Source: an uncultured Fibrobacterota bacterium (GTDB lineage Bacteria > Fibrobacterota > CAYVZU01). Taken from it: a stretch of 64,000 bases of DNA. Of this stretch, positions 45,442 to 54,087 are shown in pieces. Location: contig CAYVZU010000006.1 of the NCBI GenBank assembly GCA_964455935.1, positions 1,505 to 65,504 of the forward strand, read 5' to 3'. Within the stretch, counting starts at the first letter, position 1, and every line of letters begins with the position of its first letter. Under the pieces are notes generated by a model. The model ran no database searches and had not been told where the DNA came from. It saw only the letters and a list, made by a program, of their open reading frames with translations. The translations under genes and the position numbers were made by a program.

Positions 45442-46454
45442 AAGCCCTGGTTTGGCATGGCGGACTCAATTTCCGAATGGGCGAGGCTGCCGAACCGAAA
45501 GCGGAAGCGGGTCGAATTGTCGTGAAAGTGGAGGCGGCGGCCATCTGCGGGTCCGACTTCCACATGGACGACTTCGGGGCCAAGCCTCCGTTGATCCTGG
45601 GCCATGAAGCGGCTGGAACCGTCCACGAAATCGGTGCGGGCACAAGTGGCTTCAAAATCGGGGACCGGGTGGCCTTGAATCCGGTTCAGGTATGCGGACA
45701 ATGCGCCTGCTGCAAAAAGGGATATTCGCACCTGTGCATGAATTACCGGCATTTGGGCGACGCCGGGATTCCCGGCGGCTGGGCCGAATACGTCGCCATT
45801 GACGCGGCAAACGCTTTTCCGATTCCGGATCATCTGGAATTTGCCGCCGCAAGCCTGGCCGAACCGCTGGCCGTATGCTACGAGAGCTTTCAACGCGCGC
45901 AACTCAACCCCGGAGATTCCGTGCTAATCCTCGGAGACGGCCCCTTTGGGTTTCTTCACGCGCAAATCGCGCGCGCGCTGAAGGCCGGCCTCATTCTTGT
46001 CGCAGGCCATTATGACAAACGACTCAAACGAATTGCCAAAGCGACCGGCGCACTGGTGTGCAATACCCGGTCCCAGGACCTGGAAAGCATAATCGCCGGC
46101 GAAATCGGAGCCGCCGGGATGGACCTTGTAATTGAGGCCACGGGGGCGGGCGCCTCACCCAATATTGGATTACGAGCTCTACGCCCAAGGGGTGTCCTGG
46201 TGGTCTTCAGCTATATCTGGAAACCCCAACCGCTGGAAATGGGGCTTATCCACATGAGAGAACTAAGCGTATTGGGTTCATGCCGCTCTCTTGGCGCCTA
46301 CGGCAAATGCATCGAGCTGATGAATCAGAAGAAGGTGGATACCAGCCTGCTGGTGGATCTGCAGGTTTCGCTTGAGGAATACGGCAAAGCAATTGACCAG
46401 CTACGGAATCGGAAAGAGGACATTTTCAAAGTGGTGTTTCGGCCTTGGCCATGA
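45438..46454 (+). CDS. Zn-dependent medium-chain dehydrogenase (second copy)
   Basis: ICGSDFHM, LGHEAAGTV, CGQCACCKKGYSHLC and LILGDGPFG. 4-nt overlap with the M20 gene. Confidence 0.85.
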   Translation: MKALVWHGGLNFRMGEAAEPKAEAGRIVVKVEAAAICGSDFHMDDFGAKPPLILGHEAAGTVHEIGAGTSGFKIGDRVALNPVQVCGQCACCKKGYSHLCMNYRHLGDAGIPGGWAEYVAIDAANAFPIPDHLEFAAASLAEPLAVCYESFQRAQLNPGDSVLILGDGPFGFLHAQIARALKAGLILVAGHYDKRLKRIAKATGALVCNTRSQDLESIIAGEIGAAGMDLVIEATGAGASPNIGLRALRPRGVLVVFSYIWKPQPLEMGLIHMRELSVLGSCRSLGAYGKCIELMNQKKVDTSLLVDLQVSLEEYGKAIDQLRNRKEDIFKVVFRPWP

Positions 46455-46521
46455 TTCCGACTGTCTTGTTGATCTGCGGACAGGCGGATTTTGGCCAAGA
46501 CCCGGACGGAAAGGAAATGGC

Positions 46522-47163
46522 ATGAACGACATCATTATTCTTTCCTCAGACCCCCACGCTTTCGAGATGGCCCATATCATTGAACGAATCAACCAGGACA
46601 AGAAGACATGGAATATCCTCGGGTATGTGCTATACACCAAAGAGGAAGCCGATCGACATACGGAGCAGAATGGATATCCGGTTCTTGGCACCTTCGATGT
46701 CCTGGCGAAATATCCAAAAGCGAGCATTATCCCCAGAGAGAGCGGTCCAATAAAGGGAATTGATATTCCGCGAGAACGACTTGCCACCATCGTGGACCCG
46801 TCCTGTTTTGTGGCCCGCACGGCCTCCATCGGAGTCGGATGCGTCATTTTCCCCAATTGCTTTATCGGGCGGGGCGCCAAGGTGGGAGATTGGGTCTTCA
46901 GCTTGAGCGGAAGCATTATCAATCATGATTGTGTTCTGGGAGATTGTACCACCCTTTGCAGCGGCGTAACACTGGCCGGCCACGTTTGCGTCGGAGAAGG
47001 ATGCTACCTGGGCCAGGGCTGCAATGTCAAGCAGTTCATGAAAATCGGCAAAGGCAGCCTTCTCGGAATGGGATCTGTCGTGACCCGAGATGTGCCCGCC
47101 AACGCGGTCATGGTGGGAAATCCGGCACGGAAAATGCGCGACCGGATCGAATACGAGAAATAA
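46522..47163 (+). CDS. Left-handed beta-helix sugar N-/O-acetyltransferase (NeuD/PglD-like)
   Basis: N-terminal Rossmann-like IIILSSDPHAFEM, then hexapeptide repeats IGVGCVIFPNCFIGRGAKVGDWVF..GVTLAGHVCVGEGCYLGQGCNV..VMVGNPAR. Confidence 0.8.
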   Translation: MNDIIILSSDPHAFEMAHIIERINQDKKTWNILGYVLYTKEEADRHTEQNGYPVLGTFDVLAKYPKASIIPRESGPIKGIDIPRERLATIVDPSCFVARTASIGVGCVIFPNCFIGRGAKVGDWVFSLSGSIINHDCVLGDCTTLCSGVTLAGHVCVGEGCYLGQGCNVKQFMKIGKGSLLGMGSVVTRDVPANAVMVGNPARKMRDRIEYEK

Positions 47164-47180
47164 AACAAAAGAATGTGACT

Positions 47181-48230
47181 ATGCGAATCGGTCTTGTTGG
47201 AATCTCAGCCCTGTACTGGCCTATTACCGCCGCCAATTACCTTTCACGCAGAAGCGACGCTACGCTTGCGGCGTTTGCGACCTTAGGAGTGAGCGCGAAA
47301 AGGATCAAGGATGTTCTAGGGTTGTCTCCGGAGGAATACGCCGCACAATACCGGGCCAAGCAATTCAGCGATGTCGACGAAATGATTAGGAACGAAAAGC
47401 TGGACGCGCTCATCATCTGCACGCCGCATACCGAGCACGCAAAATGGGTTCGGCGCGTGGCCAAATACAGGCTGCCGCTGTACATGTTCAAGACATTTGC
47501 GACAGAGAATCGCGATTCGCAGGAAATTGTTCGTCTGGGCAGGAAATATCAAATACCCATCGCGGTCGGGCCAAGCGCGCGGCACCTGCCCGCCATAGTG
47601 GCGGTGAAGGATCTGATCAATTCCGGCGCCATTGGGAAGCCCTTCTCCATGCACCTCTGCCACCACCACGGCGTGATCGACTGTTTTCACAAAACCGATT
47701 GGTACCGGGAGGGGAAGGAAGGCGGACCGGAACTGTCGCTGGGATGGTATCTGACCGATCTCGTCCTCCATTTTCTGGGCACGGATGTGGCCAGGGTCTC
47801 CGCGGAATATGGCAACTTCAATTCGAAAGGCAGTCCCTTCATGGATTGTGGAAAACTCGCAATGCGCATGAAAACGGGCGCCATGGCATCCTGCAATATG
47901 TACTTCTGCCATCGTTTCCCCTATCCTTCCTGGGAGATGGATATATCGGGTCCCAATGGCGTTGTATGCATAAAGCAGGAAGGAACGGACCCCGGGAAAA
48001 CCGTTGTGAAGCTGTTTACAGCCAAAGGATGCAGCCTTATTCCGTTGCCGGATTCCGCTCCGCATTGGGAAATGTTCTGGGTTGATGATTTCCTGGCGAA
48101 ACGAAAGCCAGCGCTGGATGCGGGCTTTGCGGCTTTGATTACAGAAATCACCCTGGCGGCAAGGGAATCGGCGCGCAAAGGAAAAACCATGGAGCTTTCT
48201 CGTGTCAAAAAATCCACCAACGTTAAGTGA
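47181..48230 (+). CDS. Gfo/Idh/MocA-family oxidoreductase (second copy)
   Basis: MRIGLVGIS and LDALIICTPHTEHAKW. The C-terminal alpha/beta domain has the typical length. Confidence 0.75.
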   Translation: MRIGLVGISALYWPITAANYLSRRSDATLAAFATLGVSAKRIKDVLGLSPEEYAAQYRAKQFSDVDEMIRNEKLDALIICTPHTEHAKWVRRVAKYRLPLYMFKTFATENRDSQEIVRLGRKYQIPIAVGPSARHLPAIVAVKDLINSGAIGKPFSMHLCHHHGVIDCFHKTDWYREGKEGGPELSLGWYLTDLVLHFLGTDVARVSAEYGNFNSKGSPFMDCGKLAMRMKTGAMASCNMYFCHRFPYPSWEMDISGPNGVVCIKQEGTDPGKTVVKLFTAKGCSLIPLPDSAPHWEMFWVDDFLAKRKPALDAGFAALITEITLAARESARKGKTMELSRVKKSTNVK

Positions 48231-48271
48231 AATCAATAATGCTCAAACCCAATAACAAGGAGAGGTGCCAT

Positions 48272-49366
48272 ATGTTAACGGCGATGCGACTCATGTTTCT
48301 TCTTCCAGTTCTGTTTGTCCCATGCGCGTTTGGATACTCACTCTGGTCCGTCCCGACCAACGATTCGGTTTACACCGACAGCCAAGCTGTGGAGCTGGGA
48401 GTCAAATTCAGGTCCGATTCCGCGGGCACGGTCACCGGGATCCGATTCTACAAAAATAGGCTGAGTACGGGAACGCACGTCGGAAATCTCTGGACGCGCA
48501 CAGGCACCTTGCTTGCAAGCGCCACGTTTTCCAGCGAGAGCGACTCGGGCTGGCAGCAGGTATTTTTCTCCACGCCTGTTTCAATTTCCGCCGATACCGT
48601 CTATGTAGCCTCCTATTTCTGCCCCAATTATTATATAGCGACTAATGACTTCTTCACTGAAACCAAAGGCGCACCCCCTTTGCATGCTCTGGATACTATT
48701 TCCGCGGCGGGCAATGGGGTTTATACCTATAGCACCTCAAGCGCTTTTCCCGTAGCATCCTTCCGGGGGACCAATTACTGGGTGGATGTTGTATTTTCAG
48801 CAAACAGCCAGCCAACGCAAGCCGCCAGTATTTCCTCCCCGGATAGCGTGACGATCCAGGCTGGCGAAACCGTCAACTACCAAATCAGTATGAATCCAGG
48901 CAGCGAAAGCGGGACGCCAATCTACTCAATTGTAAGCGGGCCGGCGTATCCAACTCTCTTGCTGGGGTCAAGTTTGCTTGCGGGCCCAGTAGCGGAAACA
49001 CCGGCCCCCAGGGAGGACACGGTTGTCATACACTGGGTGCTAGGCGGCCAAAATGGAAACTTCAACTTGCGCATACAAGTTCAGCCATCGGCCCGGATTG
49101 GAGAAAGGACATCAACCGTTCAGGCTCTTGGACTCCGGGCAGAATCGAAGCGCGATGGAATTGTGTTTCAGGTAAATTTGGGCGCGCCCGGAGAATACAA
49201 GTTGGTGGCCTTTGATGTCACCGGTCGCCGAGCTTGGTCCCATTCGGCCGCTGGCAAGCCCGGAACGTTCAAAGTTTTTTGGCCCAATGCGCCCGCCGGA
49301 GTGTATGCTATTGTAATGAAAAGCAACAATCAAAGGATCATACGAAACGTTCTCCTGGCCAGATAA
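48272..49366 (+). CDS. Secreted DUF4082-like protein with T9SS-type C-terminal domain
   Basis: VELGVKFRSDSAGTVTGIRFYKN..HVGNLWTRTGTLLA..SGWQQVFFSTPVSISADTVYVASYF. C-terminal YKLVAFDVTGRRAW..GVYAIVMKSNNQ. SD AAGGAGAGG. Confidence 0.7.
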   Translation: MLTAMRLMFLLPVLFVPCAFGYSLWSVPTNDSVYTDSQAVELGVKFRSDSAGTVTGIRFYKNRLSTGTHVGNLWTRTGTLLASATFSSESDSGWQQVFFSTPVSISADTVYVASYFCPNYYIATNDFFTETKGAPPLHALDTISAAGNGVYTYSTSSAFPVASFRGTNYWVDVVFSANSQPTQAASISSPDSVTIQAGETVNYQISMNPGSESGTPIYSIVSGPAYPTLLLGSSLLAGPVAETPAPREDTVVIHWVLGGQNGNFNLRIQVQPSARIGERTSTVQALGLRAESKRDGIVFQVNLGAPGEYKLVAFDVTGRRAWSHSAAGKPGTFKVFWPNAPAGVYAIVMKSNNQRIIRNVLLAR

Positions 49367-49428
49367 ATGGCCGATGGAATTCATCAACCAAGGCAACGAT
49401 TCCGTTTCCAGCACCAGACCAGGAGAGT

Positions 49429-49494
49429 TGTCATTTCGGCGGGTCTTCGTGGAGAAATCCTTTCATCTGGTCCATGAAAATGCGCGAAATGACA
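49429..49494 (+). repeat. Inverted-repeat element, copy 2
   Basis: Perfect 10-bp arms TGTCATTTCG / CGAAATGACA (49429-38 / 49485-94). The interior contains GAGAAATC (49452-59) and CATGAAAATG (49473-82), both also present at the copy-1 locus. Confidence 0.6.
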
Positions 49495-49561
49495 TCCCGG
49501 GCTGAAAGGTTGCCAGCCAATTTTCCCAGCCAGGAAAGAAGCCAAACGGCGGGAGGATAAA

Positions 49562-50365
49562 TTGCGTTCCAAAGAGAAGATGCCAGACATCAGCGGCCTT
49601 CAGCTTTTCGACAGCTGTGTGACGCTCGGGAAAATGGTCTTTTCGGGAGTCCCGGAATATCTCACCACTCGCAACATTCTGTCGATCATGGATCATTACA
49701 AAATCCATGAGGCACTGGTGCATGATCACCATGCACGCATTACCTATCCGCGCGAGCACGGTAACGATAGGCTGCTCAAATCCATCCGAAAAATGCCGCG
49801 CCTGCACCCGGTCTGGGTGCTTGAACCACCCAAACGCATTGGCGCCAAGGCAGCCCAAGAGGTGGTGAACCGAATGCTCGATCACAACGTAAAAGCGGCG
49901 CGACTGCGCATGAAGGTGGCGCCTCCCCTGCTTTGGCTTTGGAGCGACCTTCTCAATGCTCTCGACGAGCACCGCATCCCGTGCTTTTTGGATTTTGGCC
50001 AGACCACCACATGCGGCAATCTCAGCGAAAACGAGGTAAACGGAGTGCGGGAAATTGCTCTTGCCTATCCCCGGCTTCCGCTGATCCTGTCCCACGTTCT
50101 TGGCGGACTTGGTATTAATTACGCCATTGTTCCACTCATTAAGCGCATTCCCAATCTGCGCATCGACATTGCGGGGATTCTTGAATTCTGGCGAGAAGTG
50201 GCTTTGGATGTGGGACCCGAGCGCGTTCTTTTCGCCAGCGCCATGCCGTTTGTCGACCCCGGAATTCTTATTTCCAATGTCCAATACGCGCGCGGGCTCA
50301 ACGAAGGGGCCAAACGCATGATTTGCGGGGATAACCTCCGTAAGCTATTGGGAGGCGTACGATGA
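49562..50365 (+). CDS. Amidohydrolase-2-fold (TIM-barrel) protein, probably lacking the N-terminal HxH metal ligands
   Basis: Paralogue of the next gene. Where that gene has IDGHIHIG, this one has LFDSCVTLG. The TTG start has a GGGAGG SD 5 nt upstream. Confidence 0.65.
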   Translation: MRSKEKMPDISGLQLFDSCVTLGKMVFSGVPEYLTTRNILSIMDHYKIHEALVHDHHARITYPREHGNDRLLKSIRKMPRLHPVWVLEPPKRIGAKAAQEVVNRMLDHNVKAARLRMKVAPPLLWLWSDLLNALDEHRIPCFLDFGQTTTCGNLSENEVNGVREIALAYPRLPLILSHVLGGLGINYAIVPLIKRIPNLRIDIAGILEFWREVALDVGPERVLFASAMPFVDPGILISNVQYARGLNEGAKRMICGDNLRKLLGGVR

Positions 50366-51198
50366 GCAGAATCCTTGAAAACTGGAAAAAAGGGCTGGGG
50401 ATGCCCGATGTCCTGGTGATCGACGGTCACATACACATTGGCGATTGGCCGCACGCAGCCACGTTTTCCGATGTAGAGGAAGCCGTCAAGGAGTCCCGAG
50501 CGTATCTCGATGCGAACGGCGTGGATGCTTTTTGGGCGGTCAGCGGCGGCTATAACATCGGGGCGGGAGCTGATTATCGATTGGGAAACGATTTCTTATT
50601 GGCGGTCTGGAAGAAGATGCCCGACCGGATGATCCCTTTCCTCTGCATTAATCCCAATGACAGCAGGATCGCTATCGTTCGTGAACTCGAAAGAATGTAT
50701 AAGGCCGGGGTCCGCGGTATCAAGCTGATCAACGACTATCAGGAGAATTATCCGGGCGACGGTCCCAATCTGGCAATCGTGTATGAGTTCGCCAATGCAC
50801 ACACCATGCTTGTATTCAATCATGCATGGACCAGGCCCGTGATTCTGAAGATTTCGGAGCAATTTCCCGGCACTGATTTTATTTTCGCGCACTACAACGG
50901 CGGGGGCAGTTGGCACGATGAGGTGCTGAAGAAGAGGGACAACGTTCACATGAACATCTGGAGCCTGGGAAATATGGGATGGCTCAATCGTGGGTTGAAA
51001 GAGGTGGGCGCGCACAAATTCATGATGGGCTCCGATGGGTTTCTCAACGCCATGTCCGTGGGCATTGGTCCCGTAGTGTTTGCGCCGATTTCGGACCAGG
51101 AAAAGCGCTTGATTCTTGGTCTGAATGCAACCCGCCTGCTGGACAAGGTTGGCGCATTGCCGCCTGCCATCAAAAATAAATTCGGCAAGATGCTGTAG
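50362..51198 (+). CDS. Amidohydrolase-2-family metal-dependent hydrolase
   Basis: VLVIDGHIHIG, FIFAHYNGG and MMGSDG. 4-nt overlap with the previous gene. Confidence 0.75.
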   Translation: MSRILENWKKGLGMPDVLVIDGHIHIGDWPHAATFSDVEEAVKESRAYLDANGVDAFWAVSGGYNIGAGADYRLGNDFLLAVWKKMPDRMIPFLCINPNDSRIAIVRELERMYKAGVRGIKLINDYQENYPGDGPNLAIVYEFANAHTMLVFNHAWTRPVILKISEQFPGTDFIFAHYNGGGSWHDEVLKKRDNVHMNIWSLGNMGWLNRGLKEVGAHKFMMGSDGFLNAMSVGIGPVVFAPISDQEKRLILGLNATRLLDKVGALPPAIKNKFGKML

Positions 51199-51314
51199 GA
51201 CTCTCGTCGGCGGGCGATTGCACTGGAGAAACCTCATCCATGGGGCTCTCCAACTCCGCCCTGCAAACCTTTTTTTCATGCGGAAAGGGGTCGCGGGATG
51301 GGAATGGTGTTTCG

Positions 51315-52223
51315 TTAAGCTTTCTTCTTCGCCTTCACAAGAATGTAGTCAATCATTCCGCGACGATACAGTATTCCCAATCCATAGGATATCACCGTAA
51401 GGCCAAGCGCGGCGCAGAATCCCCTTTGGTTTCGCCTTGCGCGAAAAGTGGTCCGGTTCAGGGCATTGCTAGCATATCCAGGCAGGACGCAATCTCCCAG
51501 GCTTTCGAATGAAAGCACCGCGAATCCAGCCCTCTGCAGCTGTCGAATGTACGAAGCTCCGGTAACGCAATTTTCAGATGGGACCATCCAACTCCTGGCA
51601 GCGGCGGAGAGTAGTTTTCCTTCGGCGGCACTGGCATTTTCGGCATGGCCCCCCAGGATCACGTCCGCAAGGACCAGTTCGCCCCGCGGCTCCAATACTC
51701 GGTACGCTTCTCCAAAGAAGCCTTGCCGTGTATTGAACTGAGCCGGACCCTCGATCGCCAACATGTGCGAGAAGCTCTCACTGCAAAAGGGCAGTTGGCA
51801 GGCATTGACACGATGGAATCGAAGCTTCTCCCCGACTCCAAGACAGCGCGCCTTTTGCGATGCGTAGTCAATATGGCGCGTTGTCAGGTCCAGGGCGTCG
51901 ATTGAACCGGGCGCAAAGCGATCAAGTAGTGCAAAAGCCTCGGCCCCATATCCACAGGCCACATCCAGAATCCGGCGGGCACTCACGATCCCGCTGCGGT
52001 CAAGCACATAGTCAAGCAGTTGCCGCGCGGCCTCGCCGTAGCGTACAGCACCATTGCGCCAGTATCCCAGAGAGAGATACTCCCGGTTGGACTGTTCGAG
52101 GCGACCTGGACGATAAGAGCCAATTCCCGGACCGAATGAATAGACCTGTTCCACTCTTCTTTCGTGAGTCATTGTAACAGGATTGGATGCGGTAAGCGGA
52201 CACGGCCCCGCCGGCCTATCCAC
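51315..52223 (-). CDS. Class-I SAM-dependent methyltransferase
   Basis: RILDVACGYGAEAFAL (motif I), IDALDL and LEPRGELVLADV. The start is uncertain (GTG 52223 or ATG 52172). Confidence 0.8.
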   Translation of the reverse strand: MDRPAGPCPLTASNPVTMTHERRVEQVYSFGPGIGSYRPGRLEQSNREYLSLGYWRNGAVRYGEAARQLLDYVLDRSGIVSARRILDVACGYGAEAFALLDRFAPGSIDALDLTTRHIDYASQKARCLGVGEKLRFHRVNACQLPFCSESFSHMLAIEGPAQFNTRQGFFGEAYRVLEPRGELVLADVILGGHAENASAAEGKLLSAAARSWMVPSENCVTGASYIRQLQRAGFAVLSFESLGDCVLPGYASNALNRTTFRARRNQRGFCAALGLTVISYGLGILYRRGMIDYILVKAKKKA

Positions 52224-52482
52224 GGATCGAAGTTATTTGGCTATTGAGAAAGCGCAACCATTCAGCTTCAATTACTCGTACCCTTCGACTGCGCCCAGGG
52301 TACATCCTTTCAAGTACCGAATAGAAGGTTCGGTGAGCGGTGGTTGGTGAGCGATGCCGAACCAAGTCGAACCGAACCGGCGTTGGAAGGCTGAATCGTT
52401 ACTAGAAAGGAATTGGCGGCGGCGGAGAACAAGGCCGCTGATTAGCGGGACTGCAAAACCCGGGCCCAACGATGAAGACCGA

Positions 52483-53160
52483 TCACTGTCTGGGCGCCAT
52501 TTCGTTCATCAGGGCTTGAAGGTCTTCCCAGGCCGGCCGCTTCCACGCTGGATTGCGCAGCAAGGCCGAGGGATGGTATGTCACCAGGAGTTTTGCGTTG
52601 AACGCGTCATGAAAACGGCCGCGAAGTCTGCCGATGGACTCCTGGCTATTAAGCAGAGCATGAGCCGCAGTGGCTCCAAGCGCGCAAATGAACCTGGGCT
52701 GGACAATTCGGATTTGTTCGAGGAGCATGTGAATGCAGGCCGCAATCTCATCGGGTTGGGGCGTTCGGTTGGCGGGAGGTCGACATTTTAAAATATTGGC
52801 GATGAAAACCCGGTCACGGCTCAGCCCCATGGCTTGGATCATCTTCGTTAAAAGCTGGCCTGCCGCGCCTACAAAGGGCTCGCCCTGCCGGTCTTCGTCC
52901 GCTCCCGGCGCCTCCCCAACGAACATGAGAATGGCCTCGGGGTTCCCCGAACCGAAGACGAACTTCATGCGCGTCTTGCCCAGCGGGCAATCAAGACAAT
53001 TCTGGAACTTTGCCCGAAGCTCGTCAAGCAGGGCCTGCCTGGAGACGTTGGCTTCGGCGACTAATGGCGCCGTTTTGAGCCCAACAAAATTCCGAATTCC
53101 CAAATCCTGTTGCTGCTCCAGATAGCGCCGAAAGAGTGCGCGGGCCCGTTCAATGCTCAT
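52483..53160 (-). CDS. Uracil-DNA glycosylase, family 4
   Basis: CLDCPL, MFVGEAPGADEDRQGEPFVGAAGQLL and TYHPSALLRNP. I chose ATG 53160; the longer track ORF has a non-homologous N-terminus. Confidence 0.85.
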   Translation of the reverse strand: MSIERARALFRRYLEQQQDLGIRNFVGLKTAPLVAEANVSRQALLDELRAKFQNCLDCPLGKTRMKFVFGSGNPEAILMFVGEAPGADEDRQGEPFVGAAGQLLTKMIQAMGLSRDRVFIANILKCRPPANRTPQPDEIAACIHMLLEQIRIVQPRFICALGATAAHALLNSQESIGRLRGRFHDAFNAKLLVTYHPSALLRNPAWKRPAWEDLQALMNEMAPRQ

Positions 53161-53234
53161 ATCAGGAAAATACGAATATCCAGAGGGGATTGTCCGCTGG
53201 AACGATTGTTGCCGGGGCATTCTGCCGGGCCGGG

Positions 53235-53277
53235 AAAAAACCCATGGCCCCTCCGCGGAATGCGGAGGAGCCATGGG
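53235..53277 (-). terminator. Rho-independent terminator after the beta-barrel gene
   Basis: On the minus strand, CCCATGGCTCCTCCGC-ATTCC-GCGGAGGGGCCATGGG (15 bp with one mismatch), followed by TTTTTT. Confidence 0.8.
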
Positions 53278-53306
53278 CAATGAGGGAATTGAAGAATGGG
53301 AATTGC

Positions 53307-54038
53307 CTACTGCAGAGCGCTGGCCAATCTCTGCCACATGCTGTAGCTGAGACCCTTGCCGATAGTAACCATGATGTAGCCATTGGATTGCTTCTGTTCC
53401 GGTGCGCCGGTCAGATTTGGGCCCTGCTGGTTCCAATCCGAATCCGTTGGGTCGTAGATGTAGCCGCCGCGCAGCCCTACAACCATCCGCTGAATGGGCC
53501 CGACTGAAATTAGGTAATCCAGTCCGCCGCCGAAATTCAACAGCATTGACCACTGGTAAAGCGGATCCGTGCCAACACCGTTGGGATTGTTGAGCGCATC
53601 GGTCCAGGACGCTTCATCATCGTGCACGTGAAGGCGCAATACGCCGCCGCCAAAGCCCACGAGCGGATAAAGCTGAAGGTTCATATAGGAGGGAAGAATA
53701 TTGATGCCCAGATTAAGAAAGGCATTGCCAGCCACCAGGGAACCTTCGGTCCCGTTTGTCTTCTCATCGCCCCACCAATACGAGTTGATTTGGAAATCCA
53801 CAAGTACCCGCTGAATCATAGTATAATTGCCCAGACCGATCGCCAAAACCGTATTCGAGAAATCATCCAGCCCCCGAACTTGCAGCGAATCATTCAGTTC
53901 GTCAAGATCCCAGAACGCGGGCCCAACCTGGAGATACCCCAGATTGGCCATTTTGGGCCCATTGTTGGTCTGTGCCCACAGCGAACTTGCGAGAACCAGG
54001 CTGATGGCCAACCCGGCTATCATGACTTTTCGAAACAT
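53307..54038 (-). CDS. Outer-membrane beta-barrel protein (hypothetical)
   Basis: Signal peptide MFRKVMIAGLAISLVLASSLWA, followed by alternating beta-strand pattern rich in G/Y/N. Confidence 0.55.
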   Translation of the reverse strand: MFRKVMIAGLAISLVLASSLWAQTNNGPKMANLGYLQVGPAFWDLDELNDSLQVRGLDDFSNTVLAIGLGNYTMIQRVLVDFQINSYWWGDEKTNGTEGSLVAGNAFLNLGINILPSYMNLQLYPLVGFGGGVLRLHVHDDEASWTDALNNPNGVGTDPLYQWSMLLNFGGGLDYLISVGPIQRMVVGLRGGYIYDPTDSDWNQQGPNLTGAPEQKQSNGYIMVTIGKGLSYSMWQRLASALQ

Positions 54039-54087
54039 ACATCCTCCTTACTTGAAATTTGGGTGAATTGCCTTCAAGGCCGAAGAT

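Noticed and set aside
52272-52469. 65-aa minus-strand ORF in the UDG-methyltransferase spacer
   Set aside because: It has no SD or motif. The region is dominated by short repeats and hairpins.
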